NCBI RefSeq assembly: GCF_056712565.1
Contig: NZ_CM160072.1
Length of the DNA stretch: 64,000 nucleotides
Reading direction: 5' to 3' (one strand)
Part shown: positions 1-12,190 of the stretch, in pieces
Layout of the letters: each line of letters begins with the position of its first letter
How positions within the stretch are numbered: position 1 is the stretch's first letter
The notes under the pieces: model-generated
Told to the model about the DNA's origin: nothing
The model's database searches: none
Seen by the model: only the letters and a program-made list of their open reading frames with translations
Made by a program: the position numbers and the translations under genes

Positions 1-1439
1 TCCCGGTGCAGGACAACGGCATTATTCAGGGCACTTTGCAGGCACCGCAATCCAGCTCCTTTGCCAATATGGCCCAGCGGCAACGCCAGGTCGCGGACGT
101 GATTTTGCAGGATCCGGCAGTGCAAAGTTTGACCTCATTTGTTGGCGTTGATGGCACTAACCCGTCGCTGAACAGTGCGCGTTTACAGATCAATCTCAAA
201 CCACTGGATGAACGAGATGACCGGGTGCAAAAAGTCATCGCCCGTCTGCAAACGGCGGTGGATAAAGTGCCGGGCGTCGATCTCTTCCTGCAACCAACGC
301 AGGACCTGACTATTGATACTCAGGTCAGCCGCACCCAGTACCAGTTTACCTTGCAGGCCACGTCACTGGATGCGCTCAGTACCTGGGTGCCACAGTTGAT
401 GGAAAAACTCCAGCAGCTGCCACAGCTTTCTGATGTCTCCAGCGACTGGCAGGACAAAGGGCTGGTGGCGTATGTCAATGTCGACAGGGACAGCGCCAGC
501 CGTCTGGGGATCAGCATGGCGGATGTCGATAACGCCCTGTACAACGCGTTTGGTCAGCGACTGATTTCCACTATTTATACTCAGGCTAACCAGTATCGCG
601 TGGTACTGGAACACAACACCGAAAATACCCCAGGCCTCGCGGCGCTGGATACCATTCGCCTGACCAGCAGCGACGGTGGCGTGGTGCCGTTAAGCTCAAT
701 TGCCAAAATTGAGCAGCGTTTTGCGCCGCTTTCCATCAACCATCTGGATCAGTTCCCGGTAACGACTATCTCCTTTAACGTGCCGGATAACTATTCGCTG
801 GGCGATGCGGTGCAAGCGATTATGGACACAGAGAAGACGCTGAATCTGCCGGTGGATATCACCACGCAGTTCCAGGGCAGCACCCTCGCCTTCCAGTCAG
901 CGCTGGGCAGCACTGTCTGGCTGATTGTCGCGGCGGTGGTGGCGATGTATATCGTGCTCGGCATTCTGTACGAGAGCTTTATTCACCCGATCACCATTCT
1001 CTCGACGCTACCCACCGCAGGGGTCGGCGCGCTGCTGGCGTTAATGATTGCCGGTAGCGAACTGGATGTGATTGCCATTATCGGCATTATTTTGCTGATC
1101 GGTATCGTGAAGAAGAACGCCATCATGATGATCGACTTCGCGCTGGCTGCTGAGCGCGAGCAAGGCATGTCGCCGCGCGAAGCTATTTACCAGGCTTGTC
1201 TGTTGCGTTTTCGTCCGATCCTGATGACCACTCTGGCGGCTCTGCTTGGTGCGCTGCCGCTGATGTTGAGTACCGGGGTCGGCGCGGAACTGCGTCGTCC
1301 GTTAGGTATCGGCATGGTCGGCGGTCTGATTGTCAGCCAGGTGCTGACGCTGTTTACCACGCCGGTGATTTATCTGCTGTTCGACCGTCTGGCATTGTGG
1401 ACCAAAAGCCGCTTTGCCCGTCATGAAGAGGAGGCGTAA
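1..1439 (+). CDS. mdtB: RND multidrug efflux permease MdtB, C-terminal part (5' end outside window)
   Basis: ORF 6..1439 in frame to window edge; RND transporter C-terminal TM-rich sequence; stop overlaps start of next RND gene (mdtBC arrangement). Confidence 0.9.
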
Positions 1440-4400
1440 GTGAAGTTTTTTGCCCTCTTCATTTACCGCCCGGTGGCGACGATTTTACTGTCGGTCGCCA
1501 TTACCCTGTGCGGCATACTGGGTTTCCGTATGCTGCCAGTCGCCCCGCTGCCGCAGGTCGATTTTCCGGTGATCATGGTCAGCGCCTCGCTGCCCGGTGC
1601 GTCACCAGAAACAATGGCGTCTTCCGTTGCCACGCCGCTGGAGCGCTCACTTGGGCGCATTGCCGGAGTCAGCGAAATGACCTCCAGCAGTTCGCTCGGC
1701 AGCACGCGCATTATTTTGCAGTTTGATTTTGACCGGGATATCAACGGCGCAGCGCGCGATGTGCAGGCGGCGATCAACGCCGCGCAAAGTCTGCTACCCA
1801 GCGGGATGCCCAGCCGTCCGACCTATCGCAAAGCGAACCCGTCGGATGCGCCAATTATGATCCTCACGCTGACATCCGATACTTATTCGCAGGGTGAACT
1901 GTACGATTTCGCCTCGACACAGCTGGCTCCGACGATTTCGCAAATCGACGGTGTCGGTGATGTCGATGTTGGCGGCAGCTCGCTGCCCGCCGTACGCGTC
2001 GGGCTGAATCCGCAGGCGCTGTTTAATCAGGGCGTCTCGCTGGACGACGTACGCACCGCCATCAGCAATGCCAACGTGCGTAAACCGCAGGGGGCGCTGG
2101 AAGATGGTACTCACCGCTGGCAGATCCAGACTAACGATGAACTGAAAACCGCCGCTGAATATCAGCCACTGATTATTCATTACAACAACGGCGGCGCGGT
2201 TCGTCTGGGCGATGTGGCGACGGTGACCGACTCAGTACAGGATGTGCGCAACGCCGGGATGACCAACGCCAAACCGGCTATTTTGCTGATGATCCGCAAG
2301 CTGCCGGAAGCCAACATTATCCAGACGGTAGACAGCATCCGCGCCCGTCTGCCGGAATTACAATCCACCATCCCGGCAGCAATTGATCTGCAAATTGCCC
2401 AGGATCGCTCCCCTACTATCCGCGCGTCGCTGGAAGAGGTTGAGCAGACGCTGATTATCTCGGTGGCGCTGGTGATTCTGGTGGTGTTTTTGTTCCTGCG
2501 TTCGGGTCGCGCCACCATTATTCCCGCCGTTGCGGTGCCGGTTTCGCTGATTGGTACGTTTGCGGCGATGTACCTGTGTGGTTTCAGTCTCAATAATCTT
2601 TCGTTAATGGCGCTCACCATCGCCACTGGCTTTGTGGTGGATGACGCCATCGTGGTGCTGGAAAACATTGCCCGTCATCTGGAGGCGGGGATGAAACCGC
2701 TACAGGCCGCGCTGCAAGGTACTCGCGAAGTCGGCTTTACGGTGCTGTCGATGAGTCTGTCACTGGTGGCGGTGTTCCTGCCGCTGCTGTTGATGGGCGG
2801 ATTGCCGGGTCGCCTGTTACGCGAGTTTGCCGTGACGCTTTCTGTCGCCATTGGTATTTCGCTGCTGGTTTCCCTGACGTTAACGCCGATGATGTGCGGC
2901 TGGATGCTAAAAGCCAGCAAGCCGCGCGAGCAAAAGCGACTGCGTGGCTTTGGTCGCATGTTGGTAGCCCTGCAACAAGGCTATGGCAAGTCGCTGAAAT
3001 GGGTGCTCAATCATACCCGTCTGGTGGGCGTGGTGCTGCTTGGCACCATTGCGCTGAATATCTGGCTGTATATCTCGATCCCGAAAACCTTCTTCCCGGA
3101 GCAGGACACCGGCGTACTGATGGGCGGGATACAGGCTGACCAGAGTATTTCGTTTCAGGCGATGCGCGGTAAGTTGCAGGACTTCATGAAAATTATCCGT
3201 GACGATCCGGCGGTGGATAATGTCACCGGCTTTACCGGCGGTTCACGGGTGAACAGTGGAATGATGTTTATCACCCTTAAACCACGCGGCGAGCGGAGCG
3301 AAACGGCCCAACAGATTATCGATCGCTTGCGTAAAAAACTGGCGAAAGAACCGGGAGCGAATCTGTTCCTGATGGCGGTACAGGATATTCGCGTTGGCGG
3401 ACGTCAGGCTAACGCCAGTTACCAGTACACGTTGTTATCCGACGACCTGGCGGCACTGCGCGAATGGGAGCCGAAAATCCGCAAAAAACTGGCGACATTG
3501 CCAGAGCTGGCTGATGTTAACTCCGATCAGGAAGATAATGGCGCGGAGATGAACCTTATTTACGATCGCGACACCATGGCGCGATTGGGAATTGACGTGC
3601 AAGCCGCCAACAGCCTGTTAAATAACGCCTTCGGTCAGCGGCAAATCTCGACCATTTACCAGCCGATGAACCAGTACAAAGTGGTGATGGAAGTTGATCC
3701 GCGCTATACCCAGGACATCAGTGCACTGGAAAAAATGTTCGTTATCAATAACGAAGGAAAAGCGATCCCGCTGTCGTATTTCGCTAAATGGCAACCGGCG
3801 AACGCTCCACTGTCGGTGAATCATCAGGGATTATCGGCGGCCTCGACCATTTCGTTCAACCTGCCGACCGGGAAATCGCTCTCGGACGCCAGTGCGGCGA
3901 TCGATCGCGCAATGACCCAGCTTGGTGTGCCTTCGACGGTGCGCGGCAGTTTTGCCGGAACAGCGCAAGTGTTCCAGGAGACGATGAACTCACAGGTGAT
4001 CCTGATTATCGCCGCCATCGCCACGGTATATATCGTACTGGGTATCCTTTACGAGAGTTATGTGCATCCACTGACGATTCTCTCCACCCTACCCTCGGCG
4101 GGCGTCGGAGCGCTGTTGGCGCTGCAGCTGTTCAATGCCCCGTTCAGCCTAATTGCGCTGATAGGGATCATGTTATTAATCGGCATCGTGAAGAAAAACG
4201 CCATTATGATGGTCTATTTTGCGCTTGAAGCCCAACGGCACGGTAACCTGACGCCGCAGGAAGCTATTTTCCAGGCCTGTCTGCTGCGTTTTCGCCCGAT
4301 TATGATGACTACCCTGGCGGCGCTGTTTGGTGCGCTGCCGCTGGTATTGTCGGGCGGTGACGGCTCGGAGTTGCGGCAACCATTGGGGATCACCATTGTC

Positions 4401-4517
4401 GGCGGTCTGGTCATGAGCCAGCTTCTGACGCTGTATACCACGCCGGTGGTGTATCTCTTTTTCGACCGTCTGCGGCTGCGTTTTTCGCGTAAACCTAAAC
4501 AAGCGGTAACCGAGTAA
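1440..4517 (+). CDS. mdtC: RND multidrug efflux permease MdtC
   Basis: 1025-aa ORF, RND family, C-terminus paralogous to upstream ORF; synteny mdtB-mdtC-mdtD-baeSR. Confidence 0.93.
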   Translation: MKFFALFIYRPVATILLSVAITLCGILGFRMLPVAPLPQVDFPVIMVSASLPGASPETMASSVATPLERSLGRIAGVSEMTSSSSLGSTRIILQFDFDRDINGAARDVQAAINAAQSLLPSGMPSRPTYRKANPSDAPIMILTLTSDTYSQGELYDFASTQLAPTISQIDGVGDVDVGGSSLPAVRVGLNPQALFNQGVSLDDVRTAISNANVRKPQGALEDGTHRWQIQTNDELKTAAEYQPLIIHYNNGGAVRLGDVATVTDSVQDVRNAGMTNAKPAILLMIRKLPEANIIQTVDSIRARLPELQSTIPAAIDLQIAQDRSPTIRASLEEVEQTLIISVALVILVVFLFLRSGRATIIPAVAVPVSLIGTFAAMYLCGFSLNNLSLMALTIATGFVVDDAIVVLENIARHLEAGMKPLQAALQGTREVGFTVLSMSLSLVAVFLPLLLMGGLPGRLLREFAVTLSVAIGISLLVSLTLTPMMCGWMLKASKPREQKRLRGFGRMLVALQQGYGKSLKWVLNHTRLVGVVLLGTIALNIWLYISIPKTFFPEQDTGVLMGGIQADQSISFQAMRGKLQDFMKIIRDDPAVDNVTGFTGGSRVNSGMMFITLKPRGERSETAQQIIDRLRKKLAKEPGANLFLMAVQDIRVGGRQANASYQYTLLSDDLAALREWEPKIRKKLATLPELADVNSDQEDNGAEMNLIYDRDTMARLGIDVQAANSLLNNAFGQRQISTIYQPMNQYKVVMEVDPRYTQDISALEKMFVINNEGKAIPLSYFAKWQPANAPLSVNHQGLSAASTISFNLPTGKSLSDASAAIDRAMTQLGVPSTVRGSFAGTAQVFQETMNSQVILIIAAIATVYIVLGILYESYVHPLTILSTLPSAGVGALLALQLFNAPFSLIALIGIMLLIGIVKKNAIMMVYFALEAQRHGNLTPQEAIFQACLLRFRPIMMTTLAALFGALPLVLSGGDGSELRQPLGITIVGGLVMSQLLTLYTTPVVYLFFDRLRLRFSRKPKQAVTE

Positions 4518-5933
4518 ATGACAGATCTTCCCGACAGCACCCGCTGGCAATTGTGGATTGTGGCTTTCGGCTTCTTTATGCAGTCGCTGGACACCACCAT
4601 CGTTAACACCGCGCTTCCCTCAATGGCGCAAAGCCTCGGGGAAAGTCCGTTGCATATGCACATGGTCATTGTCTCTTATGTACTGACCGTGGCGGTGATG
4701 CTGCCCGCCAGCGGCTGGCTGGCGGACAAAGTCGGCGTGCGCAATATTTTCTTTACCGCCATCGTGCTGTTTACTCTCGGTTCACTGTTTTGCGCGCTTT
4801 CCGGCACGCTGAACGAACTGTTGCTGGCACGCGCGCTACAGGGCGTTGGCGGCGCGATGATGGTGCCGGTCGGCAGGTTGACGGTGATGAAAATCGTACC
4901 ACGCGAGCAATATATGGCGGCGATGACCTTTGTCACGCTGCCCGGTCAGGTCGGGCCGCTGCTTGGCCCGGCGCTCGGAGGTCTGCTGGTGGAGTACGCA
5001 TCGTGGCACTGGATCTTTTTGATCAACATTCCGGTGGGGATTATTGGCGCGATCGCCACACTGATGTTAATGCCGAACTACACCATGCAGACGCGGCGCT
5101 TTGATCTCTCCGGCTTTCTGTTGCTGGCGGTTGGCATGGCAGTCTTAACCCTGGCGCTGGACGGCAGTAAAGGTACAGGTTTCTCGCCGCTGGCGATTGC
5201 TGGCCTGGTCGCAGTTGGCGTGGTAGCACTGGTGCTTTATCTGCTGCACGCCCAAAATAACAACCGCGCCCTGTTCAGTCTGAAACTGTTCCGCACTCGT
5301 ACCTTTTCGCTGGGCCTGGCGGGGAGCTTTGCCGGACGTATTGGCAGTGGCATGTTGCCCTTTATGACACCGGTTTTCCTGCAAATTGGTCTCGGTTTCT
5401 CGCCGTTTCATGCCGGACTGATGATGATCCCGATGGTACTCGGCAGCATGGGAATGAAGCGAATTGTGGTACAGGTAGTGAATCGCTTTGGTTATCGTCG
5501 GGTACTGGTGGCGACCACGCTGGGCCTGTCGCTGGTCACCCTGTTGTTTATGACTACCGCTCTGCTGGGCTGGTACTACGTTTTGCCGTTCGTCCTGTTT
5601 TTACAAGGAATGGTCAACTCGACGCGTTTCTCCTCCATGAACACCCTGACGCTGAAAGATCTCCCGGACAACCTGGCGAGCAGCGGCAACAGTCTGCTGT
5701 CGATGATTATGCAATTGTCGATGAGTATTGGCGTCACCATCGCCGGGCTGTTGCTGGGACTTTTTGGTTCGCAGCATGTCAGCGTCGACAGCGGCACCAC
5801 ACAAACCGTCTTTATGTACACCTGGCTTAGCATGGCGTTTATCATCGCCCTTCCGGCGTTTGTCTTTGCCAGAGTGCCGAGCGATACGCATCAAAATGTG
5901 GCTATTTCACGGCGAAAAAGGAGCGCGCAATGA
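4518..5933 (+). CDS. mdtD: MFS transporter MdtD
   Basis: 471-aa polytopic membrane ORF immediately after mdtC (TAA-ATG junction). Confidence 0.9.
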   Translation: MTDLPDSTRWQLWIVAFGFFMQSLDTTIVNTALPSMAQSLGESPLHMHMVIVSYVLTVAVMLPASGWLADKVGVRNIFFTAIVLFTLGSLFCALSGTLNELLLARALQGVGGAMMVPVGRLTVMKIVPREQYMAAMTFVTLPGQVGPLLGPALGGLLVEYASWHWIFLINIPVGIIGAIATLMLMPNYTMQTRRFDLSGFLLLAVGMAVLTLALDGSKGTGFSPLAIAGLVAVGVVALVLYLLHAQNNNRALFSLKLFRTRTFSLGLAGSFAGRIGSGMLPFMTPVFLQIGLGFSPFHAGLMMIPMVLGSMGMKRIVVQVVNRFGYRRVLVATTLGLSLVTLLFMTTALLGWYYVLPFVLFLQGMVNSTRFSSMNTLTLKDLPDNLASSGNSLLSMIMQLSMSIGVTIAGLLLGLFGSQHVSVDSGTTQTVFMYTWLSMAFIIALPAFVFARVPSDTHQNVAISRRKRSAQ

Positions 5934-7333
5934 AGTTCTGGCGACCCGGTATTACCGGCAAACTGTTTCTGGCGATTTTCGCCACCTGCATTGTCTTATT
6001 GATCACGATGCACTGGGCGGTACGTATCAGTTTTGAGCGCGGCTTTATCGATTACATCAAGCATGGTAATGAACAACGGCTGCAAATGCTCGGCGATGCG
6101 CTTGGTGAGCAGTACGCCCAGCACGGGAACTGGCGCTTCCTGCGTAATAACGATCGCTTTGTATTTCAGATCCTACGTTCACTGGAGCATGATAACAACG
6201 AAGATAAGCCCGGCCCCGGTATGCCACCACACGGCTGGCGCACGCAATTTTGGGTGGTTGATCAAAATAATAAAGTGCTGGTTGGCCCGCGAGCACCGGT
6301 TCCACCCGACGGCACACGGCGGCCCATTATGGTCAATGGTGCGGAAGTTGGCGCGGTGATCGCCTCCCCTGTTGAACGACTGACCCGTAATACTGATATC
6401 AATTTTGACAGACAACAGCGGCAAACCAGTTGGCTGATTGTGGCTTTATCTACCTTATTAGCGGCGCTGGCGACATTCCCACTGGCGCGCGGTTTGCTGG
6501 CTCCGGTAAAACGACTGGTGGATGGCACGCACAAACTGGCAGCGGGTGATTTCACTACTCGCGTAGCCCCCACCAGCGAAGATGAGTTGGGCAGACTGGC
6601 AGAGGATTTCAATCAACTCGCCAGCACACTGGAGAAAAACCAGCAGATGCGCCGCGATTTTATGGCCGATATTTCTCATGAACTGCGCACGCCTTTAGCA
6701 GTACTGCGCGGCGAACTGGAAGCCATTCAGGATGGTGTGCGTAAATTCACGCCGGAGACGCTGGCTTCTTTACAGGCAGAAGTCGGAACACTGACAAAAC
6801 TGGTTGACGATCTCCATCAATTGTCTATGTCTGATGAAGGCGCTCTCGCCTATCAAAAAGCACCGGTAGATTTGATCCCACTGCTGGAAGTGGCGGGAGG
6901 CGCATTTCGCGAACGATTCGCCAGCCGTGGCCTGAAATTGCAATTTTCCCTGCCAGACAGTATTACCGTATTTGGCGATCGCGATCGTTTAATGCAGTTG
7001 TTCAATAACTTACTGGAAAACAGCCTGCGCTACACTGACAGCGGCGGCAGCCTGAAAATCTCTGCCGAACAGCACGACAAAACGGTGCGCCTGACCTTTG
7101 CCGACAGTGCGCCGGGTGTCAGTGACGATCAGCTACAAAAATTGTTTGAACGTTTTTATCGCACCGAAGGTTCCCGCAACCGCGCCAGCGGTGGTTCCGG
7201 GCTGGGGCTGGCGATTTGCCTGAACATTGTTGAAGCACATAACGGCCGCATTATTGCCGCCCATTCGCCTTTTGGCGGGCTTAGCATTACAGTAGAGTTA
7301 CCGCTGGAACGGGATTTACAGAGAGAAGTATGA
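5930..7333 (+). CDS. baeS: Envelope-stress sensor histidine kinase BaeS
   Basis: 467 aa; HAMP plus H-box (ISHELRTPL) and ATPase motifs; 4-bp overlap with mdtD. Confidence 0.92.
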
Positions 7334-8052
7334 CCGAGTTACCAATCGACGAAAACACACCGCGTATTTTGATCGTGGAAGATGAACCGAAGCTGGGGCA
7401 GTTGCTCATTGATTATCTGCGTGCTGCGAGCTATGCGCCAACGTTGATTAGCCACGGCGATCAGGTACTGCCATATGTGCGCCAGACACCACCGGATCTG
7501 ATCCTGTTGGATCTGATGCTCCCTGGCACCGATGGCCTGACGCTGTGCCGGGAAATTCGTCGTTTTTCTGACATTCCGATCGTGATGGTGACGGCAAAAA
7601 TCGAAGAGATCGACCGCCTGCTGGGGTTGGAGATTGGCGCAGATGACTATATCTGCAAGCCGTACAGCCCACGGGAAGTGGTAGCGCGCGTCAAAACCAT
7701 TTTGCGCCGTTGCAAACCGCAGCGTGAGTTGCAGCAACAGGATGCTGAAAGCCCGTTGATTATCGACGAAGGTCGTTTTCAGGCTTCCTGGCGCGGTAAA
7801 ATGCTTGACCTGACGCCTGCAGAATTTCGTCTGCTGAAAACGCTCTCTCATGAACCAGGAAAAGTGTTCTCCCGCGAGCAGTTGCTGAACCATCTTTATG
7901 ACGACTACCGCGTGGTAACCGACCGTACCATCGACAGCCACATTAAAAACCTGCGCCGCAAGCTGGAATCTCTCGACGCCGAACAGTCATTTATCCGCGC
8001 CGTTTACGGCGTCGGTTACCGCTGGGAAGCCGACGCCTGCCGCATCGTTTAA
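7330..8052 (+). CDS. baeR: OmpR-family response regulator BaeR
   Basis: 240 aa; receiver domain plus winged-helix; overlaps baeS stop. Confidence 0.93.
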
Positions 8053-8231
8053 CATTTTTACCTGCCGGAGATGGCCTTCAGACCAGATCCGGCAACATTA
8101 TCCCACGCATGGTCAGCAAACTGACATTATCTCTCCGCCCTGGCAGGCACCAGAAAATCGCTCATACTTTAATTGGCAAACAGTACCTTTAGATGCTGTT
8201 TTCGATACGCAATTTCAATCAAGGAGTCATT

Positions 8232-8564
8232 ATGGCTGGTTGGTTTGAACTCAGTAAGAGCAGTGATAATCAGTTCCGGTTTGTGCTAAAAGCGGGCAAT
8301 GGTGAGACTATCCTCACCAGCGAGCTGTATACCTCAAAAGCCTCTGCGGAAAAGGGCATCGCGTCGGTGCGTAGCAACAGCCCGCAAGAAGAACGCTATG
8401 AGAAAAAAACGGCAAGCAATGGCAAATTCTATTTCAATCTGAAAGCCGCCAATCATCAAATTATCGGCTCCAGCCAGATGTATGCCACCGCGCAATCTCG
8501 TGAAACCGGAATTGCCTCCGTTAAAGTAAATGGCACAAGCCAGACGGTGAAAGACAATACGTAA
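8232..8564 (+). CDS. yegP: DUF1508/YegP-family small protein
   Basis: 110-aa product starting MAGWFELSK with AAGGAG RBS upstream; ORF-track start 8193 is probably too early. Confidence 0.8.
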   Translation: MAGWFELSKSSDNQFRFVLKAGNGETILTSELYTSKASAEKGIASVRSNSPQEERYEKKTASNGKFYFNLKAANHQIIGSSQMYATAQSRETGIASVKVNGTSQTVKDNT

Positions 8565-8571
8565 TTACGAT

Positions 8572-8606
8572 GCCGGGCGTAGGTTGTTGGCGTCCGGCTT
8601 TATATC
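8572..8606 (+). terminator. Rho-independent terminator after yegP
   Basis: GC hairpin gccgggcg...cgtccggc followed by tttatatc. Confidence 0.5.
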
Positions 8607-8688
8607 AAAATAACGCTTATTTATTGATAATTAAGATTAACCTCCGTCATTAAAATAATGAGTAAATAAGTTTCAGTATCAGAATTTA

Positions 8689-9303
8689 TCACGCCCCACA
8701 ATCACCAATCTGATCCACCACCGTCAGATACCAGTCACTGTCATAACTGTAAAGTTGACTTAAATAAAATACCAGTCCATCGTTACTCTCTTCTGGCGCA
8801 GCGACCACACGCACGGCCCCGTATTCCATTCGACGCGCTGCGGCAATCTGCGCATCAGAAATAGTATTTTGCGGTGAACCAAACATCTGCGTGAAGACCA
8901 AACTACGGCTGACTTTATGGTGAACATCGCTATTGCTAATAAAATACCCCTGCTTATTCCAGCCACGTTCGCAGTTAAATTTCGGGATAGCTTTCTTATT
9001 AAATTCGTCATCTCGCGGAACATGTTCCCCTGCCGAGGGCCATGGGAAATACTCGGGAACAGGTTGCCTGAAATTAATTTGCTTAAGATTTTCAACATCC
9101 ATCGAAGCACCACGGTGGAAAAGAACATACAAACCCGTTTTTTTATCAATTAACGAGTTGATTAATTGGGCATCTTCTTGCTGAAAGCCCATAATCACCT
9201 TTCTGGCTGTTTCCTCCAGCGTACACCCGGCATTGGCGGGTAAAGAAAAGAATATCAGCCCCACCAGCATCATTCCTTTTTTTAACATCAGCATTGTTTG
9301 CAT
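8689..9303 (-). CDS. Hypothetical lipoprotein (island gene 4)
   Basis: 204-aa ORF; N-terminal hydrophobic signal ending ANAGC (lipobox-like); AT-rich; last gene of a minus-strand cluster. Confidence 0.65.
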   Translation of the reverse strand: MQTMLMLKKGMMLVGLIFFSLPANAGCTLEETARKVIMGFQQEDAQLINSLIDKKTGLYVLFHRGASMDVENLKQINFRQPVPEYFPWPSAGEHVPRDDEFNKKAIPKFNCERGWNKQGYFISNSDVHHKVSRSLVFTQMFGSPQNTISDAQIAAARRMEYGAVRVVAAPEESNDGLVFYLSQLYSYDSDWYLTVVDQIGDCGA

Positions 9304-9354
9304 CTTCTCATCATGGGGCTCATATTACACATTTAACAATTTTCAGGATAAACC

Positions 9355-11463
9355 TTACACCATACTGTTAACCTGGCCGGGTAATTCGCTAGCTGGAATA
9401 CGAAAGGTATACCAGGCATAACGACAGCGTTTCCACAGGCTGGAGAAATGGAGATGATAAAGGCAATCTGCAATAATTTCGTTATCTGGATATAAAGACT
9501 CGGCAAAATGTGTCCAGCGCGCACTGAGTTTCATGTTAAACAGTTTTTCATCTTCTTTGTTACCATACAGGCGCGACAAAGTAATCATTGCTTCGAGCGT
9601 ACCTTTATTCGCTTCTTCTTGTACCTGTTGGAGGTGCAAATGAGCAAGTGAGAGTTCTTTCACCTCAAAGATATTAAGTAAAAAAAGCCCCCATGCTTTT
9701 TCATGTCCAGCTTCATGAGCCAGAAATAAATTGTCAAGGAGATTTTTTTCATAAATAGCCCGTGTTTCTTTAGAAATTTCTTGTTTATTTAGTGCCTGGT
9801 AGCAGATAGCAATGCTAAAATAAATATTTTGTAGATCTTGTTGATGTTCGCTATAACCATAATTTTTTACCAGTGGATAAGATACCGAGCTATGGAAATT
9901 TAGGTCATCTTGAAGTATTTTAAGTGCCCGTCGAAAATACTCCAAAGCTGTAGATGGTTCATAAGGTAATTTTGTATTGTCTTCCTTATCCAAATATTCA
10001 AGAGCAACTAAATTTAATGCGGCAGGAATATTTCTTTGCTTACCAATTGTCGCAAGCGGAATGAAATAATCAGAAAGGTCAAACCAACTCAAATCTTTTA
10101 TTGCCGACCGCCAATTATGATTGTATTTAATGTCACTAGCTTTTTCCAGCCAAGCATCGCCCTGCCCTTCATCTTTTTCAAAACCCAAAATACCCTCTCG
10201 CTGGAAAAACCCCCTATAAATAACAGGTGTAGCATAAGTTGTATTCTGTGAATTTTGGCAGATAAAATTATATATCCAGAATGAATCTGGATAATAACTT
10301 AATGCAAATTTTATCGCGTACGCAGTGTAATAATTATTGAGCTTCATGTCTTCCATCACCGCTCGCTGTATACAGCACCACAACTTATCGTGATCGTTCT
10401 GCTTGTTATAGCAGGCAAGTAACCACTCTAGGGCATTATGGCGACATTCCTGAAATTGTGCGTACTGAGCAATATTCTCTGCTAAGTCGATTGCATATTG
10501 TTGCTCCTCGGGCGCAATGTCCTCAATGCTGACATCTCGGTAATCATCCCACCAAAGTAAGAGATCCATATAGTCATGTTCTTCGGTAGATAAGTGCTTA
10601 CAGGTTACTGAATCCAGCAATTCGGAAATTTCTTTATGCGACCCTCCCCAGCGTGGCATTCGAAATGGTATATATTCAACAAAAGGATAAAAAGTGTGAG
10701 GAAAAATAGTCAGGCAAACAGAAAGCCAATATTTTTGCCCACCATCATCATCATACTCAGGAAGTATATTGGGGCGAGGCAAAACGGGGCATATTGCATG
10801 CTCAAACGAAAGTCCGGAATACGCCATCAACGCTTCCACTTCTTGCGGGGAGCGGCGGTGATAATTTTTCAGTGCGATCATTAATGGTATTCCTGCGACA
10901 CTATCACCGTTAAGGTGTGCCGCCAGCCAGGCTGGCTGACCAAATACTTTTGAGTTGGTGCTGGTAAGTAATGCAGCCATCCATTGTCGTGGGTCACAAT
11001 CAATTGCTTTAAGTGTAGCGATGACCATTTGTTCATTACATGCACCAGCACAAAGCCACATTGCATGTGTGGTATCATTTGCCCAGCCATAACTGCGATA
11101 TAACCATGCACGGTGATTCCAGTATTGTGCTTCGGCAAGCCAGGCATGTGTAGAATGAGGTCTTGCTTGCTGCCAGGTTTTAATGAGTCTTAAACCTTCT
11201 GTTCCGGCATCAACTAGCGTGTTCATATCATAAAAATAGTTGCACATTTGGGTCCAGGATAAAAAATAGCGCTTTTCAGCCTGACGAGAAGTGAAACTCT
11301 CCTGTAATACCTGGTTATAAATTTCATCTAGTTCCTGATAACGTTTTTCTTGTAACATATAAGGAATATTTGCGATTTGCCATTTTCTCTCAAGAGTATT
11401 AAGTGGCATTTTTTGGTCACACATCTTTTGCATTGCACTGAGTAAACGAGCATCCTGTTCCAT
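9355..11463 (-). CDS. Large hypothetical protein with Sel1/TPR-like C-terminal region and an HExxH motif (island gene 3)
   Basis: ORF 9355..11502; likely start is ATG at 11463 (MEQDARLL) preceded by AAGGA RBS and lying just after the upstream stop; HEAGH encoded at 9703..9717. Confidence 0.65.
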   Translation of the reverse strand: MEQDARLLSAMQKMCDQKMPLNTLERKWQIANIPYMLQEKRYQELDEIYNQVLQESFTSRQAEKRYFLSWTQMCNYFYDMNTLVDAGTEGLRLIKTWQQARPHSTHAWLAEAQYWNHRAWLYRSYGWANDTTHAMWLCAGACNEQMVIATLKAIDCDPRQWMAALLTSTNSKVFGQPAWLAAHLNGDSVAGIPLMIALKNYHRRSPQEVEALMAYSGLSFEHAICPVLPRPNILPEYDDDGGQKYWLSVCLTIFPHTFYPFVEYIPFRMPRWGGSHKEISELLDSVTCKHLSTEEHDYMDLLLWWDDYRDVSIEDIAPEEQQYAIDLAENIAQYAQFQECRHNALEWLLACYNKQNDHDKLWCCIQRAVMEDMKLNNYYTAYAIKFALSYYPDSFWIYNFICQNSQNTTYATPVIYRGFFQREGILGFEKDEGQGDAWLEKASDIKYNHNWRSAIKDLSWFDLSDYFIPLATIGKQRNIPAALNLVALEYLDKEDNTKLPYEPSTALEYFRRALKILQDDLNFHSSVSYPLVKNYGYSEHQQDLQNIYFSIAICYQALNKQEISKETRAIYEKNLLDNLFLAHEAGHEKAWGLFLLNIFEVKELSLAHLHLQQVQEEANKGTLEAMITLSRLYGNKEDEKLFNMKLSARWTHFAESLYPDNEIIADCLYHLHFSSLWKRCRYAWYTFRIPASELPGQVNSMV

Positions 11464-11473
11464 AGATATCCTT

Positions 11474-12190
11474 TTAATTAGGTTCAAAAATTTTAAATTC
11501 ATTCCACGGCAATTTTTTCCAGTTACTGGATGGATCTTTCAACCATGCAGTGACTTCCTTTAAATCACGGTTCGCAGTGGCGACGGGGGTATCGTATATC
11601 ATTAACCATTTTTGTCGGGCGCGAACATAAGCACTGGCATAATCTTCCCATGAAGCGAAACAATCTTGTGCTCTTTGAGCATTCAGTAATAACACTATCC
11701 AGGCCTGGTTTTCATCGCACCAGCCTAAACCGGCGATGCAACGAGTTAAAAAAGCAGTGCGCATACAGTCAAACGCCAGCCCATCCAGAACCTGGCCTTG
11801 TGCTGCCAGTTGTTCGTAAAAATCATGTGGAGAATTACCAAGCCCTGTAGCCCAGCGCTGTAATATAACGCCAATTTGTTGACGGAAATCTTCGTTGCTT
11901 TGGTAAGTTTCTGTTCCTAGCTCTTGTTTAACCTGTAGTGCAAGTTGTTGACGCTTATCATCAGTCAACTTTAAATCTAACGTGAAGCCATTTACTGACA
12001 GTCCATTACGACGAGCAACTATATCACCAATTGCTAATGCCCACTTACGTCTCTTTGTTGCTCGTCTTTTGTCCTTGATTAGATCCTTTTCTTTTTCTTT
12101 AGCAATAAAAGCATCGATTTGTGGTTTGTTTTTTTTGTATCTATAGATAAAAATAAATATTGCGACCAGGAGAACAATGATAAGACTCAT
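11474..12190 (-). CDS. Single-pass membrane-anchored hypothetical protein, possibly DUF1266-like (island gene 2)
   Basis: 238 aa; N-terminal TM helix LIIVLLVAIFIFIY then basic stretch; start ATG overlaps the upstream stop by 1 nt (TAATG). Confidence 0.65.
   Translation of the reverse strand: MSLIIVLLVAIFIFIYRYKKNKPQIDAFIAKEKEKDLIKDKRRATKRRKWALAIGDIVARRNGLSVNGFTLDLKLTDDKRQQLALQVKQELGTETYQSNEDFRQQIGVILQRWATGLGNSPHDFYEQLAAQGQVLDGLAFDCMRTAFLTRCIAGLGWCDENQAWIVLLLNAQRAQDCFASWEDYASAYVRARQKWLMIYDTPVATANRDLKEVTAWLKDPSSNWKKLPWNEFKIFEPN

Noticed and set aside
26-7941. Numerous 60-200-aa ORFs on the opposite strand or in alternative frames inside mdtB, mdtC, mdtD, baeS and baeR
   Set aside because: Fully embedded in long well-supported genes with no independent start or RBS context; typical of GC-rich coding sequence
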